In this document: one piece after another, positions 13,121-26,499 of the stretch
How positions within the stretch are numbered: the stretch's first letter is position 1
Layout of the letters: every line of letters begins with the position of its first letter
Assembly: GCA_951406725.2 (NCBI GenBank)
Contig: OX597821.1
Span: forward strand, 38,254,001 to 38,318,000
DNA from: Octopus vulgaris
Taxonomy: Eukaryota
Length of the DNA stretch: 64,000 bases
Direction of reading: 5' to 3'
Notes under the pieces: model-generated
Seen by the model: the letters and a program-made list of their open reading frames with translations, nothing else
The model's database searches: none
What the model was told of the DNA's origin: nothing
Position numbers and translations under genes: made by a program

Positions 13121-13639
13121 ATTGTCAAAGACTGGAAATTTTTAATCTACAACTTATGGTTTATTTTATCAGATTCACATGCGAAAATAGCAATGTTGTC
13201 ACTGATGAGATTTGAATATATTGGCATTGTCCACCTTGGGTATAGTCAGTTTCTTTGTTCCTCAAATAGCAATTGAATACAGTTGAAAAACAACAGTGTT
13301 GTGCAGAGATAATAGAAAGTCAAACGTCCCATTAGCACGACTGTATTTAGTTGTGTATCTTTTTGATTCAAGTCTCTGCACTCTGGTTATATCTATTTCC
13401 AGGTCACCATCTTTGCGTGATTTCACCTGTTTTTGCTAGATACATTATTAACAGTTAACCCTGATACTTCGATTAGGAAGCACTTTATTTCCGAACACGC
13501 CCCTCTAAAAATTAATGGCCTTGTATCTTATCAGACACCATTTCTTCTTCTCCTCCTCCTCCCCCTCCTCCTACTACTACTATTTTTGAGTAAGAGAGCA
13601 ATGCATGCCATCAAAGTGACACTGGAGTAAAATATGCTT

Positions 13640-15035
13640 TGTTCGTGTTTTATGGCTATTTGTACTAGTTTTCTGTACTTCTGAAGTAGGTATTTTTGCA
13701 GTCCTATGGTGGTTATTTTGTAATAGATTTCTAACTGTATAAGGCTTCTAATTTTACCACGTGCTTTGACTGCACTACCGAGTTCGGCTCTATGTGCCTT
13801 GGGTATGTGCTGTGGTTTGTTGGGCTGCTCTTATTTTCACTGTATTGAAAGTGTTTTACGTAGGATGGGTGCGGTACCTAGTAGTGCAATTTTCTGTATG
13901 TTATATGTGTTTTTAAGTCCTGGCGTTTTTGTTATGTATTTGTCTGAATATTTTTTTATCATGCCTAATGCACCTACTATGATAGGAACTGTTTCTGTTT
14001 TTAGGATCTGCATTCGAGTTACCTCTATTTCGAGATCTTTGTATTTTGAAAGTTTTCTCCGTTTCTTTTAGAGAAATATTGTCATATGTTGGCATTGATA
14101 CATTAGAAAGCATTTTTTCTTGGCGATCTCTGACAACTATATCCAGCCTATTGGCCTTAATTTCTATATCTGTGTGTAGTGGCATATCACATAGTATTGT
14201 TGCTTTCTCTTTTTCTGTGACATTTTCTGGCGTGTGCCTATACGATCTTTTTCTGGTTGTTATTCCATAGTGTTGACATAACTTCCAGTGTATGTAGGTC
14301 CCAACTCTGTCGTGTCTCTGTGAATATGTTCCTTCTTAGCCAGGACTGGGCAGCCAGAGACAGTATGGTTTATTGTTTCTTGTCCATCTCTACATATTCT
14401 GCAGTTATTTATATTTCCTTTCATTACATGTTTTTGGTAATTTCTGGTGGGAAGGCTTTGGTCTTGTACTGCAATTAAAAATCCTTCAGTCTCTGCCTTG
14501 AGTCCTGAGCTTCTTTGGCATTGTTGGGATTTTGCTTTGTCTATTTCTTTTCTGTTTAGTTTAGTCCAGTATTCTCCATTAAGGGGCTTTTTTGCCATCG
14601 TTTTATCATGATCCGTTGCTGTTCCAGTTTAAGTTTGGATTTCAGTTGCTTTATAGGTTTTGTTGTTTCTTCGTTTTCTTTATAGTTGTTAGGTACTATT
14701 ACTTTGTTTTTGTATTTGTCAGCTTCCTTAAAGACTGAAAAGAGTCGTATCCACATCCAGTTCTGCGTAGCATGTCAGATATAGTGTCAATGCCATGCAG
14801 AAAAGGAATGGAAGGAGCGTGTCTCCCTGGAATATTCCTCTTCTAATGGGGATGGCTTTGGTTTTAATGAGTCCCTCTTTTGTCTGGAGCTGTATCACTG
14901 TCTGCCATTTATTCATGGAATATTCTATATATTTTATGATTTCTGCTGCTACCTTGTTCAAGGTTAGTGTTTCTAGGACTCATGTGTAGGGAATACTATA
15001 AAATGCCTTCCAGTAATCTATGCAGGACACATTTA
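13640..15035 (-). mobile_element. Degraded R4/Dong/NeSL-type LINE (RT fragment, CCHC finger, RLE endonuclease)
   Basis: RRGIFQGDTL.PFLFC; GLKAETEGFLIAVQDQ...CRIC....ETINH.VSGC; ANRLDIVVRD; many frameshifts. Confidence 0.85.
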
Positions 15036-15042
15036 GACCCAT

Positions 15043-15195
15043 CTTCTAAGTTCAAAGTTCACCGAGGTCAACTTAGCCTTTCATCCTTTCACGGTCGATA
15101 AATTAAGTACCAGTTACGCACTGGGGTCGATGTAATCGACTATCCCTCTCCCCAAATATCGGGTCTTGTACCTATAACAGAAAGGATTATTATTA
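15043..15195 (+). mobile_element. SINE family B, 3' part
   Basis: CCGAGGTCAACTTAGCCTTTCATCCTTTC..GGTCGATAAATTAAGTACCAGTTACGCACTGGGGTCGATGTAATCGAC followed by an (ATT)n tail. Confidence 0.8.
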
Positions 15196-18063
15196 TTATT
15201 ATTAGTAGTAGTAGTAGTTGCAGCAGTAGTAATAGTGGTAGTAGTAGTGGTGTTGGTGGTGGAAATATCTGCGTTACATACAGCCGCTCTCCACATTTAT
15301 CTGTGAAATGTTAATTATTATTTCCGGTGCGTCGATCAAATCGGATGTATAACTCAGACCGGACTGAAGTGTTGAATTCCTATCTTTCTCGCCATTCTAA
15401 CGACAAGGGAGATGATAATCTTTATTATTATCATTAACCATCAAATGAGAGACAGAGAGAGCTTCCTTTGTACCACACTCATTTCAAGACACTTGAATAT
15501 GTTTAATCAAAATTTGTTTCTTTTATTCTCATTTGCTAAATTCAATTTATTAATTATTTTTATGAAAGTTTAAAAGCTAGTATCGTAACAGACACTTGCC
15601 ATGAAGTGGATGATTCAATTTTAAACATTCTAAGCGTCTTAAACACCTGAGATAGTTTGATTTGTTCTCTTTTTTCCTATTGATGAAATAATGACATCAA
15701 AAGACAAGAGTCTACAGCTCGTGCTGTTTCCTTTACGCTGATGATGTGCCTTGTTGTTTGACATATTTGAATATGTCTGAGACGAAGGAAGACAATAATG
15801 TTGATATGTCTTCGATAATAGACGAAACATTAAGAATTTACACACCAAGGAAACATTTCCTTCATCTATACCGTGTGTGTGTGTGTGTGTGTGTGTAATG
15901 TCCATCCGATGTTGACTCTTATTCTTTTTCTTGTATATCTAACAACGTAATTGTACATGTTCGATTTATACAGATATCGATAAATACCAATACCTGTGCA
16001 GGAAGACAAAACTCGGGTCTCTGGTCACCCCCTGCCCCACTCTATAATTGTGAGCGATCAAAATGAATAATGCATTATTTTGAGATGGAGTCTGAGAATA
16101 TTACCTTCATCATCTGTATCTCTCTCTCCCCCCTCTCTCTCTCCAGACTTTATTAAAGGATAACAATAACGCTGCAAGAGGACGAAGAACGCTTAAAAAC
16201 TAATGGCGTCGTGTCTGGATAAAAAAATAAAGTAAACTGAGTCCAGGATTCTGTTTACGGTTGATTGGAATTATTTTACAGAATCGTTTACTCTACCACA
16301 GAGTTATGAATGTCTCTTCTTCCTACCCAAGCTACTGTAAGAAGCTGATGTATATCTGAGGTTCCACAAAAGGTTAGGCTAAAAATATTGACCAATTGCT
16401 GACCACACCTGGTAATGAAGACAACATTTTTTTTAGATGTCTGAAGTGGTGCCGATTTAATAATCTCGGTAAAAATATGACAAAAATAGAATGAACCAAT
16501 AATCTGACAAAGTGGTAAATCGTTTTAGTCTCATGTTACTTACAGACCTGCAGATCGAACCGCTGGGAGTAATTTAGTGTTGCCCATAGACAATTAAAAT
16601 GGGTAATAACTGGGCAACAATTGTTAGCCCTGTCCTTAAGGGATGTTCATTTACATTTTTATAACATTAAACGGATTAGAGCCAGGCCTTTATTTCGATA
16701 ATATAGCAGTCAGTCTCAGATTAATTCTCTATCGGAAGATATGTGCTTCAAATGACATGCTAACAAAACACTCGTCAACTTTATTATGCTGCTGGTATTG
16801 GTGAGCCGCTCGTTCATGTGTTAACCATTCAGTTTATATCAACTGAGCCGTTCAGGGTTAAAATGCTTCAGTCATAAAACACTGCAGTACTAACGACATA
16901 GCAAGAGTTATCCTCGCCTCGGCTGTTTGTCCGATATTCTCTCGATTCAGTCAGCCATAATATTCAGTATCATAAATACCAGAAGTATGATTAAAGGATT
17001 CTTCAAGCAGCAACAGAATGTTCTGACAGACGAAAGGAAGGAATCAAAGAGTTAATATGGAGGCAGTTAATACATATTTCTGCCTATAGAAATATTAGAA
17101 TATGCTGCAGCCTTGGGGTGTTAGCTACTTTAAGTACAAACATATTGCAACTAGTACAACACTGTTCTACGTATTACTTCAATTAACTCGAATCGACAAA
17201 ACCAGTTGCAACACCAATAACTACAACAACATATTAAACAATAACATTTACCTATCGACGGAGAGAACTCTCTCAATATGGCGGAGCATTTGGGAAATTT
17301 ACTGATCTATCCAGCTTTTCAATTCATAGAAATATCACAGAATATAAATACTATAAATAATCCAGAGCAATAATACGACTAAACGACAACATGATTTGTT
17401 AGCAAAGATATTTCTGCCATTTCAGACGGCTCTACTGCAACCAAATAAAGAGATGTAAATTGAATTAGATAGAATACAGCAATAGAATAAAACAACTATG
17501 TTTTCTTTGAAAATAAATACGTAATCATTGGACTCGTATAACATACGGTAATTGTTTCGCACAAATTATTTGATTTAATAAAAAAAAAGCATTGCAGTTA
17601 ATGTTGCAACAATTATTAACATCATTTTTAGCATTATACGTCGATGAAAGCTGTCACGTAGTTATGGATTAGCTCTGGTCAAATCGTTAAGAAATATCAA
17701 TATTTAATAAAGCGTGGTGATATAATTCACGTAAACAAATGTTTCGCCAAATCAAGTTTCTTTCTTGTAACAGCTTTTCATAGGATTGATCGAGAGAGAG
17801 GGGGAGAGACGGATGGGCGGGGAGAAAGAGGGGAAAGAGAACGAAAGGGAGTTGTGATGAGAATCCCTAAAGGAAATAATAATAAGGTGTCAATATATCT
17901 TCTGATTTCTATGGACTAATCCGTTTTCAAATAAATTTATTTGTTGATAAACGTAATAAAACCATATCCTGGTGTTGAATTAACAGCTTATTTAGTATTA
18001 CATGCAGCTAAATATATCTATTTTCTTACAAGAGCATGTTCATGTGCGGGCATTTGTTCACAG

Positions 18064-18109
<46 letters not shown>

Positions 18110-18442
18110 TAGTGCGTCTACATGTGAAGGATACAGTTACACATAAACATTAGCATTTAGACAGACAGACGGACATACACACATACACACACTAGTAGAG
18201 TAAATCCAGAAAAAGCAGAGAGAGAGAGAGAGGGGGAGAAAGAGAGGGAGAAAAAGAAAAGGAAGGAGAGAGAGGTGGGGTAAGGAAATAAAGATGTTTT
18301 TCCAACAGTTTCCAATTCACAGCTGGGGCCAAAAAGAAGAAGAAAAAATTGGTGAAGCAGTGTTGCTGCAGACCCTTAAACGGTCATTGTTGTCGGTAGA
18401 CTATCCCTTCCAGCTATCAGTGTTCAAACTACACTGGCCTTA

Positions 18443-18481
<39 letters not shown>

Positions 18482-19648
18482 GAGAATGTGTCTGTCTGTC
18501 TGTCTCCCTAAAACTTGAGAACTACACAACCAATTTCATTAAAATTTTACACATGCCTTACTTAGGGTCCATGTAGTGTCGTGGGCAAAAAAAATGTTTA
18601 ACGTCTTGACTAGGACATGCCCACAGCAATATCATATCTTCTCCACTATTTCAGTATTACCTATTGTGTGTATATGGATGTATATATATATATATATATT
18701 ACAAAATAAAAAGTTATATATTGAGATCGTTAGTGACAACAACGCTCAAAATATATGAAACTGGAATAGTAGTGCTCAAATGAGCTATATGCACTTTTTA
18801 ATCCGAGGGGAGGCAATGCGAGCAGCAACTACAAGAACACTACAAAATCTACAGAAAGATCAAACACATACATATATTCATATATTCATTTATATCTACA
18901 GAACAGATATAAAGCCCGACGTTTAGAAATATATAGTAATATATAAACATCACATAAAAATATATTTTACGCATAAGATCCACTAGACGTTCCATAAGAA
19001 ATTCAGAAATAAAAATAGCAATAAAAGTTAGAGGTAATGATAATAATTGAATTAAATATAGTAAATATAGCAAGTAGTAATTAAAATAAAACTAAAATCT
19101 GGTAATTAAATCGTAATATAACAATTAAAAGATAATATAGCAATTAGTATAAAATGTATCAAGGACTTGAACTTGAATATGTGGCTTTGCATAAATGGGA
19201 GAAAATAAAAGATTAAAAATTTGAGTGCAGAAGTGAATTAGTTCAGATGGAGCTGTGCGCATACCATTTACTATGGCTGCTAGATTGAATTATATGCTTA
19301 TAAAGTAGCATTCAGTATCTATTTTGGGTAGTACGTAATGTCTGGTCTTTCGCATGTAGCCGGTATGTAATTGTGTATTTGTTTCCGTGTACTGTGTTGC
19401 GTGTAAAAAACATCCTGACGAGGGGAGTGTCAATTTTAAATATATGATATGTTTCATATAAATTGGCGCATCTCCGAAACGGCCCGTAGATGAACGTTTA
19501 TGTATTTTTGTAAATTTATATATTTATCTTCTACGTATTTTTCTCTGGAATTTTAATTCATTGTATGTTTTATTACACCAAATTTTTAAATTAACAAATT
19601 TATACCAAATTAGCACTATAACCCAGCAACGCCGGTTCATAATGCTAG
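18443..19648 (+). mobile_element. Non-autonomous Helitron-like element with captured or inserted internal DNA
   Basis: 5' (C)CTATATA..GAAAG..(GTCT)n..CCAATTTCATTAAAATTTT head. 3' GC-rich subterminal sequence ACCCAGCAACGCCGGTT followed by CTAG|T. Confidence 0.6.
19411..19492 (+). ncRNA. Type I hammerhead ribozyme (Penelope-like pLTR type)
   Basis: Stem I CAUC/GAUG; core CUGACGA; long stem II GGGGA/UCUCC, GUGUCAAUUU/AAAUUGGCGC and AUAUGA/UCAUAU; GAAA; stem III ACG-GCC-CGU; cleavage triplet GUA. Confidence 0.8.
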
Positions 19649-19699
19649 TATATATATATAAGCAAACAAGAGGATCTTTAGTGCACATGCCTCATTTTA

Positions 19700-20300
19700 C
19701 AATCAAGCCCTAAAATTAAGCGGCTTTCATAATCATATTTTCTACATCCTTGACACTAAACTCAAAACCGAATTCGCTAACCTCTGACATTAATCTTGAA
19801 ATTACTTATGCGATTTCTTCTTTAAATTATAAACATCTAAGAAAACCCTTTGTTAACCAACTAAACTTCATAACCTTCATTTTAACAACCGTAATAAACG
19901 TAGTTCCTCTATATCTGAACATTCTAATGTGGTAACACACTCTAGAAAAAGAGAAATTATTTGGTTCGCACCCCCATTTTCTCTCAGACTGAAACATTTA
20001 CCAAAACTGTTCTTTAAGATCCTGAAATTTAATTTTCCTAAGCACCACAAACATTACCCGACATATATCTGACGATAGAGAACCCATTTAAATTCCTACT
20101 TGATTTAGAATTAGGGAACATCTCAATGACACATCATCTTGGTCTATTAGAGATGAGCCCCTCCCCATAAAACACGATTATGGGCAGATGTGGATTGAGC
20201 ATAAAAGAATCATGTACTATCCTCAACCTGTATAATTCTACCGTATTAAACAAGTTTTCTGATGAAATGCAAAACAAACTTTTGAACGGTCAGTGGTAAA
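19700..20300 (+). mobile_element. Degraded Penelope-like element (RT C-terminal linker and GIY-YIG remnant)
   Basis: NQALKLSGF, RKREIIWFAPPFS (compare the IIWFNPPF motif of Penelope-like elements), FPKHHK, RIREHLND. Confidence 0.6.
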
Positions 20301-21312
20301 TATGTGTTTGGTACGATGTGGTTGTTGTTTTTGTATTGTTTTATATTGCTTCAATAGAATCTTAAGTAGATTACTTTCTCCAAACATTTTTTATTTATTC
20401 GTCTTCGCGTCAAAATGGAATTGGTCATCTACACGAAGTCACAGGTGTTGAACAATTTTGTTCGGTTGGGGACAATCAAAATACAATTTATTTTCCGTCG
20501 ATAATTTAGTGCAACAGAGCTCAGTCAATGAGTATTTCATGGTTTATGTCTCTCTATTGTTTTTTTTCTTTTGCTGTGGTGTGATTGTAGTAGAATGTAT
20601 TTCCATTCCTTTTCATATAACAAAATAACTAAAACATTTCAAAAGGTTCCATCAACAGAATCCTTATTTCAGGCACAACAACAAATAACTTATCAGTTAC
20701 CAACTTATTATTGATTGATAAGTTATAATTTAATATTGATTACTTAAATTGTTGCAATACATCAAATCTGACGGAGAGGAGATAATCGATTGAAATGAGA
20801 CCAGTACAGCACTGATTCTTATTCCATCGATTTCAAAAGGATCAATGCAAAGTCGATCCCAATGGGATTTGAAGATGATCTTCAAGGAACGAAACAAAAT
20901 GATAACAACATTTCTAGTTAAGAGCAATTAATTCATCATTTTCTATTAATGAGAGATTGCACCTGATTCTTTGCAAGATCAATATTGCTCCTCATTTTCA
21001 AAACTTTAAGCCTTTCAAGAGCTTAGAATCGGAAATACTAAAATGATTCTACGAATGGTAATATGAGGGATGAAAATATAGATTGAAAACCATTTAAATA
21101 AAATGTTTTTTTATTTAGTCTGTTTATTAAAAGTTTTATGTTCGTATCTGCAAAAAATCTACTTTCAGATTTTTCTCTGTATTCAATACTTAAATGTCGG
21201 TAAAATATTTGAACCTCAACAAACAATATAATCATATAAATAAGAAAATGTTATATAAATTATGTTTTCCAGAATCATTAATGATAGAAATATTTTTTCA
21301 AAATTCCTTTAG

Positions 21313-21473
21313 CCACAAGAAGCCCCGCGAATTGTTCGGCAATTCCATTTTCATCGCTGGTCTGAAGGGGAAAACTTCCCCAACTCAAAACTAGCTCTGG
21401 TAGAGCTGCTGGATATGGTTGAGAAATGGCAACATGAAACAGGGGATTCACTACCTGTCACAGTTCATTGCAT
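21313..21473 (+). CDS. Receptor-type PTP D2 exon (WPD-loop region to VHC)
   Basis: TTTAG acceptor, GTAAGT donor at 21474. 161 nt, phase 0/2. Translates PQEAPRIVRQFHFHRWSEGENFPNSKLALVELLDMVEKWQHETGDSLPVTVHC(M). Confidence 0.95.
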
Positions 21474-21739
21474 GTAAGTTACTATTTCAAATTTGATTAT
21501 TGAAAACTTTACTATCTGAAAGTTCTATTTTTCTCATTGCCTATCGACAAATTTATTAAGAAAATTTTCAGTGATGTACTTGAAACAATTGTCCACTGTC
21601 AAATGATATGAATTTGTGATATAATTCTTGTATAATCATTAATCTTCCTAATTTAATAAAGTCATTCAAATACTTCATTGTTAAGAGTTATGTTTTGTAG
21701 ACAACAAAGATATATATTCTATGTAACAATTACTTGTAG

Positions 21740-21875
21740 GAATGGTGCTAGCAGAAGTGGACTGTACTGCGCTATAAGTTGTGTACTGGAGAGAATTAAT
21801 GCTGAAAAAGAAGTAGACGTCTTCCAGGCGGTGAAACAACTTAGACTGAATCGGTCCCAACTTGTAGACAATTAT
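21740..21875 (+). CDS. Receptor-type PTP D2 exon (signature motif to Q-loop)
   Basis: TGTAG acceptor, GTAAGT donor at 21876. 136 nt, phase 2/0. Translates (M)NGASRSGLYCAISCVLERINAEKEVDVFQAVKQLRLNRSQLVDNY, completing the HCX5R motif VHCMNGASRSG. Confidence 0.95.
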
Positions 21876-24448
21876 GTAAGTCCACTTGATATTTTTTTTC
21901 TACATCAGAAGAGGCTAACAGTTATTCAACGTCACAGCTGACGCTAATTAAAAAAACAAAAACATCTACATGCACAAAACAAACCCACTTATCATTTATG
22001 CTGTGGTTCCAATGCTTATAGTTATGAACTTGATCTCACTAGCATAGACATTTAGAACAAGATAAATGATATGAGTAGAAATAATTTCACACACCCTGGA
22101 CATAGTTTAATAGCTAGATGCTGGATGCAGATAACTGGCACCTATCTGTAGCATGTACTATCTTCTCAAAGAATAAACGTGTTATTTATTTGCAGAATCT
22201 TTTTCAGTATATACTAATAAATGGTTTTTTTTTTTGTTTTTTTGCTATCTTCATAGACATTATATAATTAACAGACATATCTTAATAAAATCCTCTTATA
22301 TTTTTTTAATACCATTAACATTGTCTGGTTGATAACATAAATAGAAAGCATTGAGCTACGTTGTTTATAACGATGCTACTCATCATCAAAATATTTCAAC
22401 ACACTTTTATATCATCATTCCCATTCTTACTACAAATTTGTAATCGTGCTTATTCTATGATAGACACACGCGCACACACACACACACATACGCACGTGCG
22501 CACACACACACACTTACATACGCACGCGCGCATAAAACATAGTATTTGTAAACACATGAAGTAAAAGAAGACAAAAATAATTAAGCAAAGATATTCAGAG
22601 AAACTACTTTTCAAAAATTCTTCTACTCTTTCTACATACATCTCGTAGAATTAGATTCTCCTAGAATGTAATAAGTCTATTTTACAAATGTCATACAATT
22701 ACGCTAGACATTTTTTCTTCTCTGTGAAATTACGTCTGGATTTTCCCAAATTTTCTGCTATTTATTTCTATTACTAGCTCAATATCAGAATCTTCCATTT
22801 TTATTTTATGTATGCCCCACTTCTATTTGATATAATTATTTTTTGCGAACGTTCACCAACTAATTTCAGCCTACTTTCTGCATTTAGCTTCGTTCCTATT
22901 CCTCTGTATATAAAATGTCGGTGATGTTCTTATTAGGGTGGATTCAATGGTATATCAATTATTTGATGTTTCCTAATCTGAGTTATCCATTAATGGGCGA
23001 TCAGTATTATTATTTTATAGATACAACCAGTAGGACTCATCTCTTCTTCTGTCTGTCTACGGAAAGGGTTGATCAATGTAATACAAATTTTGAAATGCGA
23101 CTTTTGTTTGACATCATTACATCTGGTGATACTCAGAAGTAAGTGGATTGGGCAGCTAAATATCGACAATGATGTACAGTGCTATTGTCTGTCGGCGAAA
23201 CGTTAATAACTGTTGACGCTTCAACTGAATGGATCATAGGTTACTGTCTTGACTCGCTGGTTGTCGCAAACGTAACACACGTACTGCACACAATAAGTAC
23301 CTGAGTTGAGAAAGAAAGAGACAAAGTTTTTATATTTCAATTCAACAAAACATTTTTTCTATGTGAACCAATGCTTTTAACATAGTTTTTCGCTCAAGAA
23401 GTTTGTGGGAGATTTTTTAGAATAGGCTTGCTTGATTCTTCAGATAAAATTCCTTTTAACTCAGCTCATCAGCCTTGACATAGAGTTCACTTGTCACACA
23501 CTTTTTCATTTTGCTCGAGGAGGTAACGGTAGTTGGGCTCAAGATTCCGACTGTATGTGGAGTGATTCACAGACGTAAATTCTGTTTTATTTTTCAATCA
23601 TGGCCAAACTTTTGAAACGTTTGTGAGGTAGAGGCATTGTTCAGTAGTAATAAAAGAAGATATTTATGGGACTTGCAACGAGTAGGACCTGTGATTTTGC
23701 AAACATTTTTTCGTATGTGGAATTTATCCGCACTTTGTTGCTTGCAAAAACAACAAACAAAATGCCGGTTTACCTCCAAACCACTTACCATTAGATATTT
23801 TCGTCTGGGATGTTCAGATCACATATTCTTGGATTCTGGTTGTAAAAGAAATTACTATTCAGCTCCTTCATTCTTAGGGTAAATGAGATCTCATTTTCAC
23901 AGATGATATTATTTATAGAAATATATATGTCCTCTTCAAAGAGGCAAAAGATATTCTTGACAGTCTTAAAACCTCTTTTGACAAAACCTCTTTTGACATG
24001 CTTCTGCAATGATAAGTCAAAGAACGAATCTGAATGCCAGTTTTCTTACGGCAAAATCATTCAGTGTGCCCTGTTTCTCGTCTCACACTTGGAGTTTCTG
24101 TTAAATTCTGACTCACCATTTCGTTCCATTTTTCTCAGTCTCACTTAAACTTTGTCTCTTTTTTTTTGTCTGGAATTTCGCAAGGGTGACCATACTGGTG
24201 ACCATGCTAAAGCAAACTGATCCGATAATATATGGCCGTCGCACATGAGGATCATTACAAATACACGTCCTTAAAAAGTACAATACATCATCGCTATTCG
24301 CTTCATGTAAAACCCAAGAGTTCACTACACACACACACACACACACACACGCATACTTAGGATCGTATTACTTGAAGGATCAAGAGAGCATAAAAGCACA
24401 CCTGATTGTTTGGATGCTTGGTTTCGAGAGGCAAGGATTTTACAACTT

Positions 24449-24544
<96 letters not shown>

Positions 24545-26499
24545 AGAAACTGTAGGTCTCTGAATCAGTAATAATGTCATAGCTAATGGATTAATAAAAT
24601 AAAATTGTTTTATTTTTGCGTTTCTCCTGTAAACGAAACATTGTTACAAAGTAATATTTCGGCAATTAACTGCCAAAATTACAAAAAAAAAAAAGAAAGA
24701 AAGTACTTTTTCTGTTATTCGGAATGCCATTGAATTTTCCTGTGAATTTGAACTTGTAGATACGGCGGCATCTTGTTGTTTTATTAACGCACACAGAAAG
24801 AATGCATTCAGCCAGTTACACTTGGTTTCTTTTTCTCTTCTGGAGTATTCATTCGTTCGGCATCGCACAATTCGTGTAATAATTTCATACTTTCTTAAAG
24901 TGCTGTAGTTACAAAAAATAAACAACTGAGTATTCGTAGTTTTTCATCATGTCACGTGAGACAAAAGCAATATCTTACACACGAAACTAAAGATTATAAA
25001 AAACAGTAACGGGAAGGTGGGGAGGAAAATGTTGCTGCGGAATAATTTGGACTTGCACTATCAACTTTAAAACCTGTAATGCCTCTAACGAAATAATAGT
25101 TGCTAAGCAAACCTCAACAAAGCGTCACACTTCAAAACGCACGTAATAAAATCTAAATAAATATGGAGCAAATGGTGCTTGGGAGTATGTTAAGACATGG
25201 CTTCACTCACCATTTTCCCGGTCATTATCTAGCAAAGGAGATTAAACTTATTTAATCTGTTCAAAGACGAATAAATTGAAGAACTCGCCCAAAAGTTATT
25301 TGCTTCTCTCAGATTGTTCCAAAAGTTCAAGAAATGACCTAATTTCCTTAGCTTTCGAATAACTGGTGAATATGCGCGTGTAAATATTCAGTCTTTATTG
25401 GAATGTTCAGCTTGTGTGAGGTGATAAATATTTATAAAATCTAAGTTTGGACAGAAACGAAAGTGGAGTATTTTGAAAATTTTTATCCCCCTTTTTAACC
25501 TTGTGGGCTCTGTAGGAAAAGGCCTTCTTTAAAAAAAAAGCCTTATAAGAAAGGGGTAAAAGTTTGTACGAAGAATAAAAATTAAGCAACACTTGATGAT
25601 GGTGATACCATTTTTATTTTGTAAAGTTTCATGTATTTTAATACTTCCAAAAAGCGTCGATACATCGAAAGTTTCGTAACTGAATTTTAAATATCATTAT
25701 TCAAAAAACTTTTTTCTGTCTATGTAGGGACATTGCAGGCCTGCTGCATTTTAAATAAGTGTATATTTCTATCAATAATTAGCAGAAATTATCAGCATGA
25801 AACCTATTTAACTATGTCTGATAATGATGTTTCTTACAGCGAAATAGAAAACAGTAGAACATATAAATTTTATTAATCGATATGTGTAAGTGTGTAGGTG
25901 TGTGTACTAATCATATTCGCTAACAAACTACAATAGAGCATTGTGTCATAAATAAGCAGGTGTTCGTATAGGATTTTTTTTTATATTTGTGTCACACTTA
26001 TTATTATTATTACTATTATTATTATTATTATTGTTATCATTTTGGTCGGTACCATTGCACGTGACATTGATATTATAAGCACGTTGCTCGAAATTTCTGA
26101 ATTACAATAATCTCTCCCTTCAGCAGTCTGAATTCATATTTGTTTCTGATTTCAATGTTTTAGAAAATAAATCTTTTGGAGCCTCTTCACTCAATGTAAC
26201 GTATCCTGTTTCAGTAAACATTACTATTTATACCACTTCCCAATTGTATATGAGATCAATATCACATTTTAGTTTCTATCGTATTTCAATATTGATATCC
26301 AATTGCATTACTATGCTCATACTTTATCTATACACTGTAATTTAATAACTAACCAGTTTTCTTTACACATCCGTATTCCGATAAGAATTTAAAGATTATA
26401 TCTATAGGTTTTTATATTTTATCATTTTTATCTAATTTCCTTTTTTTTCTTTTCTCTTTCTTTTCCTTTTTCTTTTCGTCATATGTTGAAGGAAACTTT

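Noticed and set aside
20255-20295. CTGATGA...GAACGGTC after the Penelope relic
   Set aside because: GAAA is incomplete and the stems do not pair; its position fits a dead hammerhead only.
21678-21941. 87-aa ORF as a stand-alone gene
   Set aside because: Only 21740-21875 is exonic; the flanks are intron read-through.
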